Below are positions 1 through 10,289 of a DNA stretch of 64,000 bases, piece after piece. Position numbers and translations under genes: made by a program. The first letter of the stretch is position 1; every line of letters starts with the position of its first letter. Source of the stretch: Arenicellales bacterium (GTDB taxonomy: Bacteria; Pseudomonadota; Gammaproteobacteria; Arenicellales; JAJDZL01); the NCBI GenBank assembly GCA_958295885.1, contig OY282380.1, forward strand, positions 1,884,082 to 1,948,081. The letters are read 5' to 3'. The notes beneath the pieces were generated by a model, which saw nothing but the letters and a program-made list of their open reading frames with translations, ran no database searches and was not told the origin of the DNA.

Positions 1-334
1 CATTTTCACGAATGGCCACGCTGTGCGGGTAATCGTTGAATCTGATATAGGTTTGTGCAATGGCATAGGGCGGTCTCAGCAGGTATACGCGTCTGGGCGA
101 ACCGACAAACATTTCGCCTGCCGGAGCAAATTCAATCATTCTGGGCCGGCTCAATTTCGCGTCCAGAAGCTGCAGCTCATATCCCTGTGGAACCTGAACT
201 GATACCTTTCCGAATTTCGGATGACTCAGTTCCTGCGTCTGCAGTTTGATTTCTGATTCAGCAGAACTGCTGGAAATCAGAACAAGGAACGCCGAGAAAG
301 CGCAAACCACCCATTGAACCAAACGCACAGTCAT
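1..334 (-). CDS. PQQ-dependent sugar/sorbosone dehydrogenase family protein, N-terminal part (runs off window)
   Basis: Not in the ORF track. Manual translation from ATG 334 gives a signal-peptide-like MTVRLVQWVVCAFSAFLVLISSSSA, then VQVPQGYEL...SRPRMIEFAPAGEMFVGS...YPHSVA. ATGA overlap with the upstream stop. Confidence 0.7.
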   Translation of the reverse strand, partial: MTVRLVQWVVCAFSAFLVLISSSSAESEIKLQTQELSHPKFGKVSVQVPQGYELQLLDAKLSRPRMIEFAPAGEMFVGSPRRVYLLRPPYAIAQTYIRFNDYPHSVAIREN

Positions 335-1059
335 GACAGCAGCAGATCCTTCGCTCGATTGATTTGACTTGCCAGCCAGGAAGAACCACCGCGGTCGGGG
401 TGATTTTTCTGCATCAGAGTTCGATGAGCTTCAATAATTTCTTCGCGTGTCGCCCCGGCTTCCAGTCCTAAAATTTGAAGGGCTTCTTCCCGCGTCATTT
501 TTTCAGATGAAGCGCCAGGAGAGGAGTCCTGCTGATGCTGCCGAACGTATTCGTCCCATTCGTCGCCGCGCATGCGATCAAGATAAGTTTCAAGTACGGA
601 CGCAGACTGTCGATCTCTCCGTCTGCAGAGTTCGTAAAGATCAACGAGCTCGTAAAATTCAAGATCTTCGAGCGCTCGCCCCTTTGACGGGCCGGCGAGC
701 ACGGTTCCCGAGATCGCGCCTGTATCATGATTTAAAGTCATTTGCAGATACTTGGTTTTGACGTCTGACGTCTGTCCGGGTTTGGCGCCTTGAGTCGGGC
801 CCTGCCACGACTTGAACATCTGATAGGCGCTTTGCATCATGATGACTCGCTGAATCCACGGCACCGCCATCGCCAGTATCGCGAACAGTGCGTGCAGCTT
901 TCCGGTAAGAATGAGAGCGAGCAGCACGCCTGCTCCGCCGTACAGAGCGGTCAGTTTCAAAAGTTTTGCGCGGTCTTGTGGACTTGATTTTCCCAGTTTT
1001 CCGGCGAACCACATGATTCCCACCAATACAACCAAGAGCAGAAAGATGCGTGGGAACAT
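331..1059 (-). CDS. Membrane-anchored protein with C-terminal DnaJ (J) domain
   Basis: N-terminal hydrophobic helices; C-terminal MTREEALQILGL...NHPDRGGS with the HPD motif. Confidence 0.85.
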   Translation of the reverse strand: MFPRIFLLLVVLVGIMWFAGKLGKSSPQDRAKLLKLTALYGGAGVLLALILTGKLHALFAILAMAVPWIQRVIMMQSAYQMFKSWQGPTQGAKPGQTSDVKTKYLQMTLNHDTGAISGTVLAGPSKGRALEDLEFYELVDLYELCRRRDRQSASVLETYLDRMRGDEWDEYVRQHQQDSSPGASSEKMTREEALQILGLEAGATREEIIEAHRTLMQKNHPDRGGSSWLASQINRAKDLLLS

Positions 1060-1061
1060 GT

Positions 1062-1775
1062 TTATTTTCGCTTGATCTGATGTGTCAGCTGAGCTACGAC
1101 TCCGCGCCGTCTGCTGCCAAAATGCTCCAATGCTGTGCGTCCGCCTGCTGCATAAACCGCAACTGCTGCGAGCAGGTCCTTGAGCTGCTGCGCGCTAGAG
1201 GCATCAAAAGAACAGTAGGCTCCGCCGCTCAGTGAGGCAATTTCACGAAACGCTTTCGCTGCGATTGGATTGAATCCTTCATGAAACACGAATGCCGGCA
1301 CGCCATTAATGCCAAGCTGCCCGGCTTTGTCAGATAGAACATCAATGTTTTCTTCCACCGCATCTCCGACGAAGATCAGAGCATTGACGCGCTGTTTCTT
1401 TGTTTCCTTGATGGCGTGATTCAACAATCGACCGATCTGCGTGAGTCCGCCTGCACATCGAGTCCGACTCATCATTCGCTGCAGCTCGCCTGCGTTGCTC
1501 ACCCATCTGCTTGCGTAGAGTTCGCGAAATCCTCGATAAAAACAAAGTTGAACGTCCAGTCCGCCATGCACGGACGTGGCTGCGAACATTTCCGATTGAA
1601 TGTGGCAGGCCTGATCCCACATTGGTTCACGACTGGCGGTGGCATCCATTCCAAAAATTAAACGCCCGCGTCGCCCGCCTGCCACCGGTTTTGGGGTCAT
1701 TTTGACTCTGCTCAAAAATCGATCAATTTCGTTGGCCGTCGAACGAGTCAGCTGCTTGTCGTCTGATTTTGGCAT
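1062..1775 (-). CDS. VWA-domain protein
   Basis: MIDAS-like DATASR, GGLTQI and FVGD motifs; 2 bp from the J-domain gene. Confidence 0.85.
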   Translation of the reverse strand: MPKSDDKQLTRSTANEIDRFLSRVKMTPKPVAGGRRGRLIFGMDATASREPMWDQACHIQSEMFAATSVHGGLDVQLCFYRGFRELYASRWVSNAGELQRMMSRTRCAGGLTQIGRLLNHAIKETKKQRVNALIFVGDAVEENIDVLSDKAGQLGINGVPAFVFHEGFNPIAAKAFREIASLSGGAYCSFDASSAQQLKDLLAAVAVYAAGGRTALEHFGSRRRGVVAQLTHQIKRK

Positions 1776-1810
1776 GTTGTGACGGTCGCGTCAGTTGGTT
1801 TTATATTCGT

Positions 1811-4471
1811 TCAGTTTTCTGATGATGGATTCACAGAAGCGAGAATTCTGTCAACTATTTCATAAACATTGATAGAAACCCCTTTCGTGGAAGCGATTTT
1901 CTGCAGTCTCTGAAGCATCGCTGCCTGTCGTTCTTCCGTATGTCTTCCAATATCAGAGAACGCTTCCACGAGCTGCGCAGAGGCTTGAGGTATGAATCTG
2001 TCGACTTTGAGAACATATTTCATAAGCAGATCGTACCCGTTCCCGTTTTTTGCATGAAAACAGTAAGGATTTGCATGACAGAACGCTCCAATCAAGGAGT
2101 AAATTCGATTGGGGACCTGGAGCGTGAACGCCTGGTGATTGGTTAGAGCCTGCACTTTGTCAATGGTATCACTTCTGGCAGAGGTGGCTTGAATTCGGAA
2201 CCATTTGTCAATCACTCCAGATTCATGATGCCAGTCGGAATAAAAGGTCCGAAGTACGGATTCTTTCACAGGGCTGTTCGAATTTACGATGCAGGTCAGT
2301 GCGGCCGCACGGTCCGTCATGTTCGCGCCGCCTGCAAATTGATTCAAGGCAATTTCATGCACGGTGGGAGTATCCAGCGCAATCAGATAGCTCAGGCACA
2401 GATTGCGGAGACTTCGTCTGCCGATCGCTTCCTGGGAGCCGCCCCACTCACCGGTGAGCTGGTCATAGAGCTGCAAGAACTGTTCGTAAAATTTCAAAGC
2501 AATTTCGCGAACGATCAATCCCCTCGCTCTGTTGATGGCGGTCGGTGCAACGATATCCATGGTTTGACCGATCGAAATTTCAGAGGGGATTTCCAGCACC
2601 AATGCAGTGAACGCAGGGTCGTCAGCCGCTTTCGACAGAACTGATTCAAAAGCGTCCAGGTACTCCCTCTGCAGCGACAGGGTACGCTTGTTCTGAAGAG
2701 CCGACACCAGACGATAAACCTGTCGTTTTGATGCCCGCTGGCAGGCATCCCAGAGGCAGTAAGGATCGTCCTCATGCGCCATCGCGAAATACACTTCGTC
2801 CTGTGCATCCTGATCGTGAATGATGACAGGGGCGCTGAATCCCCTCAAAATGGAAGGAACTGGTTCTGATGGAATCTCCATGAACTCGAACGACTGCTTG
2901 GATTCAGTCAGCTCGAGCAGCAATTCGGTCCGGACGAATTTCTGCTCTTCGCTTAATTTAAGCGGGAGCCGTTTGCCATTGTGCCCCAGCAGCGCCATCT
3001 GAATGGGAATGTGCATGGGCTGCCATTCGAACTGTTCCGAGTGATTCGAGGGGCCTTGCTGGAAGGTCAGCGTGTATGTCTGAAGGTCAGCGTCGTACCG
3101 TCTTTGGACGGATACGCGTGGGGTTCCAGCGGTGCTGTACCATCGTCTGAACTGTTCTAAATTCAACCCGCCTGCCTTTTCGATGCAGCGAATAAAATCT
3201 TGGACAGTCGCAGCCTTGCCGTCAAACTGATCAAAATACAGATCCGTCGCTGCTCGGTACCTTTGAGCGCCCAGCAGCAGGTACAGCATGCGAATGAGCT
3301 CAGCGCCTTTGTTGTAGACTGTGATCGTATAAAAGTTGTCAATCGTCAAATAGGAAGCCGGTTGAACTGGATGGCTGGTTGGTCCTGCGTCTTCTCGGAA
3401 CTGGTGCAGTTTCACCATGTGCGTGTCCTTGATCCTTTGCACTGCAGCGGAGCCCATATCCGCACTGAACTGCTGATCTCGGAAGATGGTGAAGCCTTCT
3501 TTCAGACTCAGCTGAAACCAATCTCTTAAAGTAACCCGATTCCCCGACCAATTATGAAAATATTCGTGAGCGATCACGCTTTCGACGGCATTGAAATCCT
3601 GATCGGTTGCCGTGTCGGGTTTTGCATAGACGTATTTTGAGTTAAAGATGTTCAAGCCCTTGTTTTCCATCGCGCCCATGCAGAAACGGTCTACGGCAAC
3701 GATCATATAGCGACTCAGGTCGTACTCTCTGCCGTATTTTTCTTCATCCCAGTGCATTGCCCGTTTCAGGCATTCCATGGCATGGACGCAGGCGTCCAGG
3801 TGATCATTTGATTCCGTGTAAAACTTAAGAGCTACGGATTTGCCGGAAGTGGTGATGAACTGATCTTCCAGCACAGTCAGCCGACCGGCGACAAGCGCGA
3901 ACAAGTATGTTGGTTTTGGATGAGGATCATGCCAGACTGCAAAGTGCTTGGCATCTGAAATGGCGCCGGACTCCACTAATTCACCATTGGACAGCAGGAC
4001 CGGAAATTTCTGTTTGGATGCAATGATTTTAACAGTGTATTGACTCAGTATGTCAGGACGGTCTGGGAAATAGGTGATGTTTCGAAATCCTTCGGCTTCA
4101 CACTGAGTGCAGAGAATATTTCCGGATGTATACAGACCAGTCAATGAAGCGTTTTTGGACGGGTTGATTCTGTTGCGGATGCTGAGGCTGAATGCTGCCG
4201 GTGGGTTTTCAATGGTGAGGCTTTCTGGATCCGCCTGGTACTGAACAGGCGCATCATTCAAATAAATCGATATCAGCGCCAGATTGTTTCCATTCAGCAC
4301 AAATGGCTGATCGTTGCCATGTTCTGTTCGTCTGACCGCCAGGGTTGACTGAACAATGGATTCAGTGCGGTCCAGCTCAAACGTCAGATGGACCTTGTCC
4401 ACTGTGTATGGGGGCGGCTGATAGTCGCCTAAATACGTCCTTGGGATGTGGGATGCGGATTGGTACGTCAT
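1811..4471 (-). CDS. pepN: Aminopeptidase N (M1 peptidase)
   Basis: GAMENKGLNIFN and HEYFHNWSGNRVT...E zinc motifs; 886 aa. Confidence 0.97.
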   Translation of the reverse strand: MTYQSASHIPRTYLGDYQPPPYTVDKVHLTFELDRTESIVQSTLAVRRTEHGNDQPFVLNGNNLALISIYLNDAPVQYQADPESLTIENPPAAFSLSIRNRINPSKNASLTGLYTSGNILCTQCEAEGFRNITYFPDRPDILSQYTVKIIASKQKFPVLLSNGELVESGAISDAKHFAVWHDPHPKPTYLFALVAGRLTVLEDQFITTSGKSVALKFYTESNDHLDACVHAMECLKRAMHWDEEKYGREYDLSRYMIVAVDRFCMGAMENKGLNIFNSKYVYAKPDTATDQDFNAVESVIAHEYFHNWSGNRVTLRDWFQLSLKEGFTIFRDQQFSADMGSAAVQRIKDTHMVKLHQFREDAGPTSHPVQPASYLTIDNFYTITVYNKGAELIRMLYLLLGAQRYRAATDLYFDQFDGKAATVQDFIRCIEKAGGLNLEQFRRWYSTAGTPRVSVQRRYDADLQTYTLTFQQGPSNHSEQFEWQPMHIPIQMALLGHNGKRLPLKLSEEQKFVRTELLLELTESKQSFEFMEIPSEPVPSILRGFSAPVIIHDQDAQDEVYFAMAHEDDPYCLWDACQRASKRQVYRLVSALQNKRTLSLQREYLDAFESVLSKAADDPAFTALVLEIPSEISIGQTMDIVAPTAINRARGLIVREIALKFYEQFLQLYDQLTGEWGGSQEAIGRRSLRNLCLSYLIALDTPTVHEIALNQFAGGANMTDRAAALTCIVNSNSPVKESVLRTFYSDWHHESGVIDKWFRIQATSARSDTIDKVQALTNHQAFTLQVPNRIYSLIGAFCHANPYCFHAKNGNGYDLLMKYVLKVDRFIPQASAQLVEAFSDIGRHTEERQAAMLQRLQKIASTKGVSINVYEIVDRILASVNPSSEN

Positions 4472-4504
4472 ATGCGATGGCTGCCAGGATAGGAAGGGGA
4501 GCGG

Positions 4505-5200
4505 TTACCAGTTTGCGTGCCAGTCTCTTAAAAATTTGACAATCCAATTTTCCATCGTTTTCCCGTATTGATTTTCATCTTGATATTGGCGTTCAGCTGA
4601 GTGCGCACCGCTACGATTCATCATGAGACTGCTGGCAGCAAGCCAGCTGCTCATTACCTTTCTTGACACTTCCGGATGAAACTGAAAGCCGTACACGTTG
4701 GAACGATAGCGAAATGCCTGATTTGGGAAATCGTCCCCCCGTGCGAGAAGCTCACAGTTCTCGGGCAGGCTGAATCCTTCTTGGTGCCACTGATAGAAAT
4801 GGGCGTCCGAGTCTAAAAATCCGTCTGCATCCGTTGTCGGTCTGACTTTACGAAATCCGATTTCAACGAGTCTGTCGTCACGCGGTGAAACTTCTGCACC
4901 CAAGGACTTCGCGATGAGCTGCGCACCCAGACAGATTCCAAGCGCTGGGCGGCCGGAATTCAACCAGTTTGTGATCCATTCGATTTCTTCGGCGATGTAA
5001 GGTCTTTCGTCTGCATCGTTGGCGCTCTGGATGCCGCCATAAATCACCAAAGCGTCGCAGTCTTCGGCATCGGGCGGCAGTGGAATCCCATTCGCCGGGT
5101 TCACGTGCACCTGCTCAACATCGTTGGCATTAAGAAATTTCGCGACATGGTCATCGCGCTTTTCTTTCATGTGACGAAGAATGACGGCTTTTTTTGTCAT
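4505..5200 (-). CDS. Class I glutamine amidotransferase-like protein
   Basis: GICLGAQ (catalytic Cys) and QFHPE (His-Glu). Confidence 0.9.
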   Translation of the reverse strand: MTKKAVILRHMKEKRDDHVAKFLNANDVEQVHVNPANGIPLPPDAEDCDALVIYGGIQSANDADERPYIAEEIEWITNWLNSGRPALGICLGAQLIAKSLGAEVSPRDDRLVEIGFRKVRPTTDADGFLDSDAHFYQWHQEGFSLPENCELLARGDDFPNQAFRYRSNVYGFQFHPEVSRKVMSSWLAASSLMMNRSGAHSAERQYQDENQYGKTMENWIVKFLRDWHANW

Positions 5201-5261
5201 GACAGATGATTATCTACGAACAATGAAATGGTTTGATGCTCAAGCAGAAAATTTCAAAGCG

Positions 5262-5453
5262 TCATACGATTGAGATCAGCAATATCACAAATAGAACCAC
5301 TGCACCTAGCGGCAGCAGCACGCCTTTCCAGTCTTTTTCAGCTTTTTGGCTGTCTTCCTGAATTTTCTTAAGGCCTGGTACAAACAAAAATATGACTATG
5401 ACCGCGACTGCACCAAGTGCGATCATTTCCCAAGTTGATAAACCGCCGTCCAA
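5262..5453 (-). CDS. Small two-helix membrane protein, function unknown
   Basis: Two hydrophobic segments around a KDW motif; same strand as the downstream operon. Confidence 0.6.
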   Translation of the reverse strand: MDGGLSTWEMIALGAVAVIVIFLFVPGLKKIQEDSQKAEKDWKGVLLPLGAVVLFVILLISIV

Positions 5454-5999
5454 AATTTGCCTCTAGTTAATATGGTTCAGTCTCGATAGGTTTGATGTTA
5501 CATAAGTCCTTTTTAACAGAAAACCAACATATATTCTCTCCAAATTCTGTTGAGACCAGACAGAAATCAGAATGATCAAGAAATGATCAAAAAAGAGTTT
5601 TACGCTTTCAAATTACTCGTTTCATTATATTCACTCGAATTAGAGCGTCAGTTTATGTCATGGACTATGTCGGCCTATGTATCGGCCCCGCAGATACTGC
5701 AGTCGCTGAAAATGAATGATGCAATCCATCTGCAGCAAAAAAGATACAGCGCTCATGACTGCTGACCATTCAAGCAGCTCTCCGCGCTATATGGTAAGAC
5801 AGATGAAGACTGCAGGTGATGGGTTTTCTGGAATGCTGACAGGAAACCGAATCGACTGCAGTGCCGTTTTGAGACAGCCGGGTCCGGCAGGATTCAGGAG
5901 CGGCTGCAGCGCAGGTCCGAAATCGAGAGCAATGGTGTCTTTTGCGCGGCGAGTCGCAATGTGACGGGATAAGTGACATAGGGGTGTTGGGGCCGTAAA

Positions 6000-6128
6000 G
6001 AGGCTGTGAAAGTATTCTCATTTTCGTAGAATTCTGAATCAGAACAAATATTAATATCAATTAAATCAATGAGATAAATATTCATAATCCACTAATTTAA
6101 ACTAATTTGGCAATACTTTCACAGTCTC
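6000..6128. mobile_element. MITE copy 1 (129 bp, IS1182-like ends)
   Basis: 17-bp TIR GAGGCTGTGAAAGTATT / AATACTTTCACAGTCTC, AT-rich interior, 4-bp target duplication TAAA (5996-5999, 6129-6132). Confidence 0.8.
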
Positions 6129-6414
6129 TAAAGCATTGCGGTCGGCTTTACCGATGGCACCACCGCAAGGCCATCATCACAATTCACCGTGCACCGCTTC
6201 GCTCACGGGGCGTAATGCACCTGAATCGATATCAAGCGCATTGTGAGCTCCGCAAATTGGAAATTTATTGGCTTCTATGGTAAATTGCAATGAACATTTT
6301 CAACAACGTCGCCATCTAACTTACATCACCAAGGAAAAATTACAATTGTGATTTCATTGGCAAAGTCGGTGAACATGAAGTGAAGGAGAACAAAATTAAA
6401 AAGGATTCAATATT

Positions 6415-7443
6415 GTGGTAAAGATTCCATTGGCCCGATATCGGCTGCGATTCCGGCTGCTGGATTCGACCTCCCAGGAACAGGCAAGAGCTCTGCAGAC
6501 ACATTACTTGGGATCGGCCTGGCGCGGCATGTTGGGAATGAATCTGAAGAAAACCGTATGCGTAACCCGATATCCGGTCTGTGACAATTGCCCTCTGCTG
6601 TATTCATGTCCATATCCGCAAATTTTTGAACACAGGCCTCCTCTAACCTCAGATAAACTGAAACGATATACGCATGCTCCAAATCCTTACGTACTGGAAC
6701 CAAGCAATTCAGATTTCGACCACAGCGGCCATTCAATCAGGCTGGGGCTGGTTTTAATCGGCAAAGCAAATCAATATCTGCCATACATCGTTTATTCTTT
6801 TGATCGAATTGCGCGGCACGGATTGACCAACAAGAGAATCAAACTGGAGCTGATCGATGTTCAATCAGAGCCATTGCATACTCAAGACCGTTCATCTTCA
6901 AGCAAGTGGGAAGTCATATACGAACCAGGTCAGCCTTTGGTCTCCAAATCTCCAGAGAGTCCCATGCCGCCCCAGGGAACAGAAATTGTAAAAGTGCAAC
7001 AAATAACGCCACTTCGCCTGAAAGTAAAAGGCGATTTGGTCGTTGCTGAGGAATTCAGTTTTCGGACATTTTTTGGCCATCTGCTTCGACGCCTGTCGCT
7101 GCTCTCTTATTTTTTCAGCGACACGCCTCTCGAAGTTGATTTCAAAGAACTGATAGAACGATCCAAAGCGGTCCGAATCCATAACCAAAATCTCAGATGG
7201 ATGGACTGGACGCGTCACTCCTCTCGGCAAAAAACCTATCTTAAAATGGGAGGACTGATCGGTTCATTCGAACTGCTGGGTCAGGAATTTCAGCCGTTTT
7301 TGCCGTATCTGTGGGCGGGGCAGTGGACACATTTCGGAAAAGGCTGCACCATGGGACTAGGACGCTACTTGCTTCAGCCAGTCGATCAGTCTGTCACTGA
7401 AAACAATCACTTCACCGACTGGAATTCTCCTCTGCCTTTATAG
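6415..7443 (+). CDS. cas6: CRISPR pre-crRNA processing endoribonuclease Cas6
   Basis: C-terminal G-rich loop HFGKGCTMGLGRY; N-terminal YLGSAWRG and Cys cluster; WTRHSSRQ. Confidence 0.9.
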   Translation: MVKIPLARYRLRFRLLDSTSQEQARALQTHYLGSAWRGMLGMNLKKTVCVTRYPVCDNCPLLYSCPYPQIFEHRPPLTSDKLKRYTHAPNPYVLEPSNSDFDHSGHSIRLGLVLIGKANQYLPYIVYSFDRIARHGLTNKRIKLELIDVQSEPLHTQDRSSSSKWEVIYEPGQPLVSKSPESPMPPQGTEIVKVQQITPLRLKVKGDLVVAEEFSFRTFFGHLLRRLSLLSYFFSDTPLEVDFKELIERSKAVRIHNQNLRWMDWTRHSSRQKTYLKMGGLIGSFELLGQEFQPFLPYLWAGQWTHFGKGCTMGLGRYLLQPVDQSVTENNHFTDWNSPLPL

Positions 7444-7469
7444 TTGGAATTAAAGCAGGTTGAGAATCA

Positions 7470-8651
7470 GTGTGTAAAACGAAGACAACTCAAAAGTCGC
7501 CTATCGGTTCGAATGCAACGAATCCAAGTGACTATCCACGGAGAGTTCTGCTTGTAACAACCGGACTTTCGCCGCAGGTCGTCACTGAGTCTCTATATGC
7601 ACTCGCAGTACGAAATAAACAAAAATTCTTACCAACGGAAATTCATCTGATCACAACGAAAATTGGCGCTGAACGAGCGTGTTCGTTTCTGCTTGGAGAC
7701 CAAGGGTGGCTGCCGCGATTCTGTCATGACTATAAAATATCAGGAATTCAGTTTGATCTGAATTTCATTCGGCCGTTGCTTGGAGCCGACGGCCAGCCTT
7801 TAGATGACATTCAAACTCCTGTCGACAATCAGCTGGCAGCTGACCAGATCACCAACTGCGTTCGCCAGTTGACCGCCGATCCTGATTCTGCGATTCACGC
7901 CTCCATCGCCGGCGGACGCAAGTCCATGGGTTTGTTTCTAGGATATGCACTTTCATTTTTTGGGCGGCCTCAGGACCGATTGAGTCACGTTCTGGTATCA
8001 CCGCCTTATGAGTCCAATCCAAATTTCTTTTATCCGCCTCCAAAAGATTATTTCATCCAAAACTCCCGTTCAGGTCATCAACGCATAAATGCAGCAGAAG
8101 CGGAAGTAAATCTTGCAGAAATCAAGTTTGTCAGGCTCAGAAATGAGATTCCAGCGCACGTGCTGGAAAACGCGGCCGTCTTTGACAGTGTCGTTGACAT
8201 TGCACAGCAAGTGATGAAGCCGGCAGAATTAATCATTGATTTGGAAGCGCAAAAAATCCAAGCATCGGGCAAAGCGATTAAAGCTTCGCCGGTAAATTTA
8301 GCTTTCTTTGCATGGCTGGCTCGAAACCAAAAAGCTGGAGGTTCCTGGGTAATCTGTCCCGTTGAAGAAGTGCGGGAACGAGAGCATGCAGACTCTTTCT
8401 TGAACGAATACCAGCGCATTAAGAGCAATGCAGCGAATTACATGCGTACGGTTAAGCGATTGGAAGGTGGGATGACACGCACGTTCTTTTCTCAGACGAA
8501 ATCGAAATTGAATCGGCAGCTGCGGGAAAAACTGCCGAATGAATCCATGCGCCCATATCTCATTGAGCGCAGGAGAGATGGGAACATTTGGCGTCATGGA
8601 TTCAATGTCGCCAGCGAAAACATTCACTTTGAAAAAATCAATTCGCTGTGA
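7470..8651 (+). CDS. csx14: CARF-family Csx14 (NE0113-like) putative ring nuclease with C-terminal extension
   Basis: LLVTTGLSPQVVTESLYAL, SIAGGRKSMG and DRLSHVLV motifs typical of the NE0113/Csx14 family. Confidence 0.82.
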   Translation: MCKTKTTQKSPIGSNATNPSDYPRRVLLVTTGLSPQVVTESLYALAVRNKQKFLPTEIHLITTKIGAERACSFLLGDQGWLPRFCHDYKISGIQFDLNFIRPLLGADGQPLDDIQTPVDNQLAADQITNCVRQLTADPDSAIHASIAGGRKSMGLFLGYALSFFGRPQDRLSHVLVSPPYESNPNFFYPPPKDYFIQNSRSGHQRINAAEAEVNLAEIKFVRLRNEIPAHVLENAAVFDSVVDIAQQVMKPAELIIDLEAQKIQASGKAIKASPVNLAFFAWLARNQKAGGSWVICPVEEVREREHADSFLNEYQRIKSNAANYMRTVKRLEGGMTRTFFSQTKSKLNRQLREKLPNESMRPYLIERRRDGNIWRHGFNVASENIHFEKINSL

Positions 8652-9154
8652 AGGCAGATTGTTCTAATGTCTCAGCTCAGATGCATTTAAGACTCTACAT
8701 GGAACTTTGATCATTTGATTGACATTATTAAATCAATTGGAGTATTCTCAGGAAAACATTCAGCATGAAACTCGATTAAGGAACGCTCTATTGAATCAGC
8801 GTCCGCTAAAGACAATCTCAGCACCCTTCGTTTATCCGGTTTCAGCGCACGACAGTACCCGATGGGCGTTCCCGTGACTGTAAGGATTTCGCTGCAGACT
8901 GCAGGAATCCGCACCGCATGGGAGGACGGTTGAAAATAATTTTCCAGCAATTCGGATCAAACGATTGGCCGTCCGGTAGAAGCGGACATCTTACGGCGAG
9001 AGCTCAAGTGCGGCAACAGTCAGTCGAAATTGGCTTGAGAATCAGTTCCAAAGATCTCTCGGTACGGTTGGAATTTGGAATGTAATCGAATTGTCCGTGA
9101 CAGCCGATCATTAAGGAGAAATGTAATTTAGCATAGAGCTGCCTCTCATATCGC

Positions 9155-9742
9155 TTAGGCGAAGATCCGATTCGCTATCGTACGTTCTTCCTGATCAACG
9201 GTTTGCGTATAAATCACTGTCGAATTGGTTGAACTGTTCCCGAGCCAGCGTACGACCAGGTGCAGCGGCGCTCCGGACTGTACTGCAGCTACACCAAAGC
9301 CATGTCGCAAGCCTTTCGGCGATGCCTGGGGCCATGGATGCCTGCGTCGTCGAGGATTCGTTAAGTATGCCGCCACGCTGTAGTACGAGAAAAGTTCCAC
9401 AGGCGCTCATCAGGCTGCCGTCTGAACTGACGTCGTCGCAAAGCGTGCGCGAGATCAAGATGTTCAATCAATATTGCTGGTACGGGTACTGTACTCCATT
9501 GTCCGCGTGTCTTTTTTTAAGGTCTCGAAACTCACGAGATGTTGATCGAGATCAACATTCCCGACAGTGAGAGCGAGCGCCTCTGAGACGCGGCAGCCCG
9601 AGTACAGCAGGGATTCTGCGAGCGTACGCGACGCAGCATCCTGACGTGGCGCGCATGCGAGGAAGTCCTTGCGCTCGGTAGTATTGATGAATTTTCGACT
9701 CCCGCGACGATCATATAAGAATGATGAAGTTGGCAGAGGCAC
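9155..9742 (-). pseudogene. Small tyrosine recombinase, frameshifted
   Basis: 5' piece LYDRRGSRKF...LYSGCRVSEAL (catalytic Arg); 3' piece in another frame, KGLRHGFG...WLGN...IY (the usual LGH His is Asn). Confidence 0.85.
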
Positions 9743-9804
9743 AATCGAAAATCAAGCGCAATCCTGCGTAATTGCAATCAGAAATCTCATAGGGGATATT
9801 CGAT

Positions 9805-9927
9805 GTGAAACATTATAGCTATATTGTTTCACTCTTGGTGAAAACCACTACGATTTAGGCGAGAATCAAGGGAATAACTGCGTACTAAGCTGTTGTTTAT
9901 GAAACAGAACAGTGCCGTTTTGTTTAA
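9805..9927. promoter_or_regulatory. Two related imperfect palindromes upstream of the recombinase (candidate binding/recombination sites)
   Basis: GTGAAACATTATAGCTATATTGTTTCAC (9805-9832) and TGAAACAGAAC-AGTGCC-GTTTTGTTTAA (9900-9927) share TGAAACA...TGTTT arms. Confidence 0.5.
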
Positions 9928-9971
9928 CAAGAATCCAGAGATTCCAATTTCAGATTCGCCTTTTCAGCATT

Positions 9972-10000
9972 TTGCAATCTATGCTGAATTGTGCAATAAT
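9972..10000 (+). promoter_or_regulatory. Sigma70-like promoter facing the structured unit
   Basis: TTGCAA-17 bp-AATAAT with an extended -10 TG at 9992-9993; predicted start near 10007. Confidence 0.5.
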
Positions 10001-10025
10001 GAAAGTACATTGAAATTGCCGGTGT

Positions 10026-10289
10026 AATCGCTTTTTGAACACTGGGCGCTTCCTAGGGGAGCGTAAGTATGACAGTGATTTCCGTTTGAAGCGGGAATGT
10101 TCTGTCGAAAGGTCCGGCCCTGATGTGGACGGATTCAGGCGGTAAAGTCCTAATGGATTGTTGCCGAGAAAAAACCGCGGTAACAGGCGGTTTTCAGCAG
10201 CGGTGAAAGCCGCATAAACCCTTCCGGGGAATTGTTTCCCTGGAAAGGGTGTGATTCCTCCGGAGCAACTCCTAGTAGGAGGGAAAATA
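10026..10289 (+). ncRNA. Candidate large structured RNA, 5' arm
   Basis: Nearly back-to-back hairpins with G-U pairs: 10047-10063, 10071-10106, 10171-10194, GCGGT-GAAA-GCCGC 10200-10213, 10218-10250, and 10255-10261/10278-10284. Confidence 0.55.

Noticed and set aside
8711-8950. Serine resolvase N-terminal fragment (PIGYCRALKPD)
   Set aside because: Only a few residues resemble IGYARVS and the catalytic Ser is absent; too weak to annotate.
10066-10155. Hammerhead ribozyme (CTGATG and GAAA nearby)
   Set aside because: The core reads CTGATGT rather than CTGANGA, and the GGAC/GTCC stem is followed by TAA rather than GAAA.
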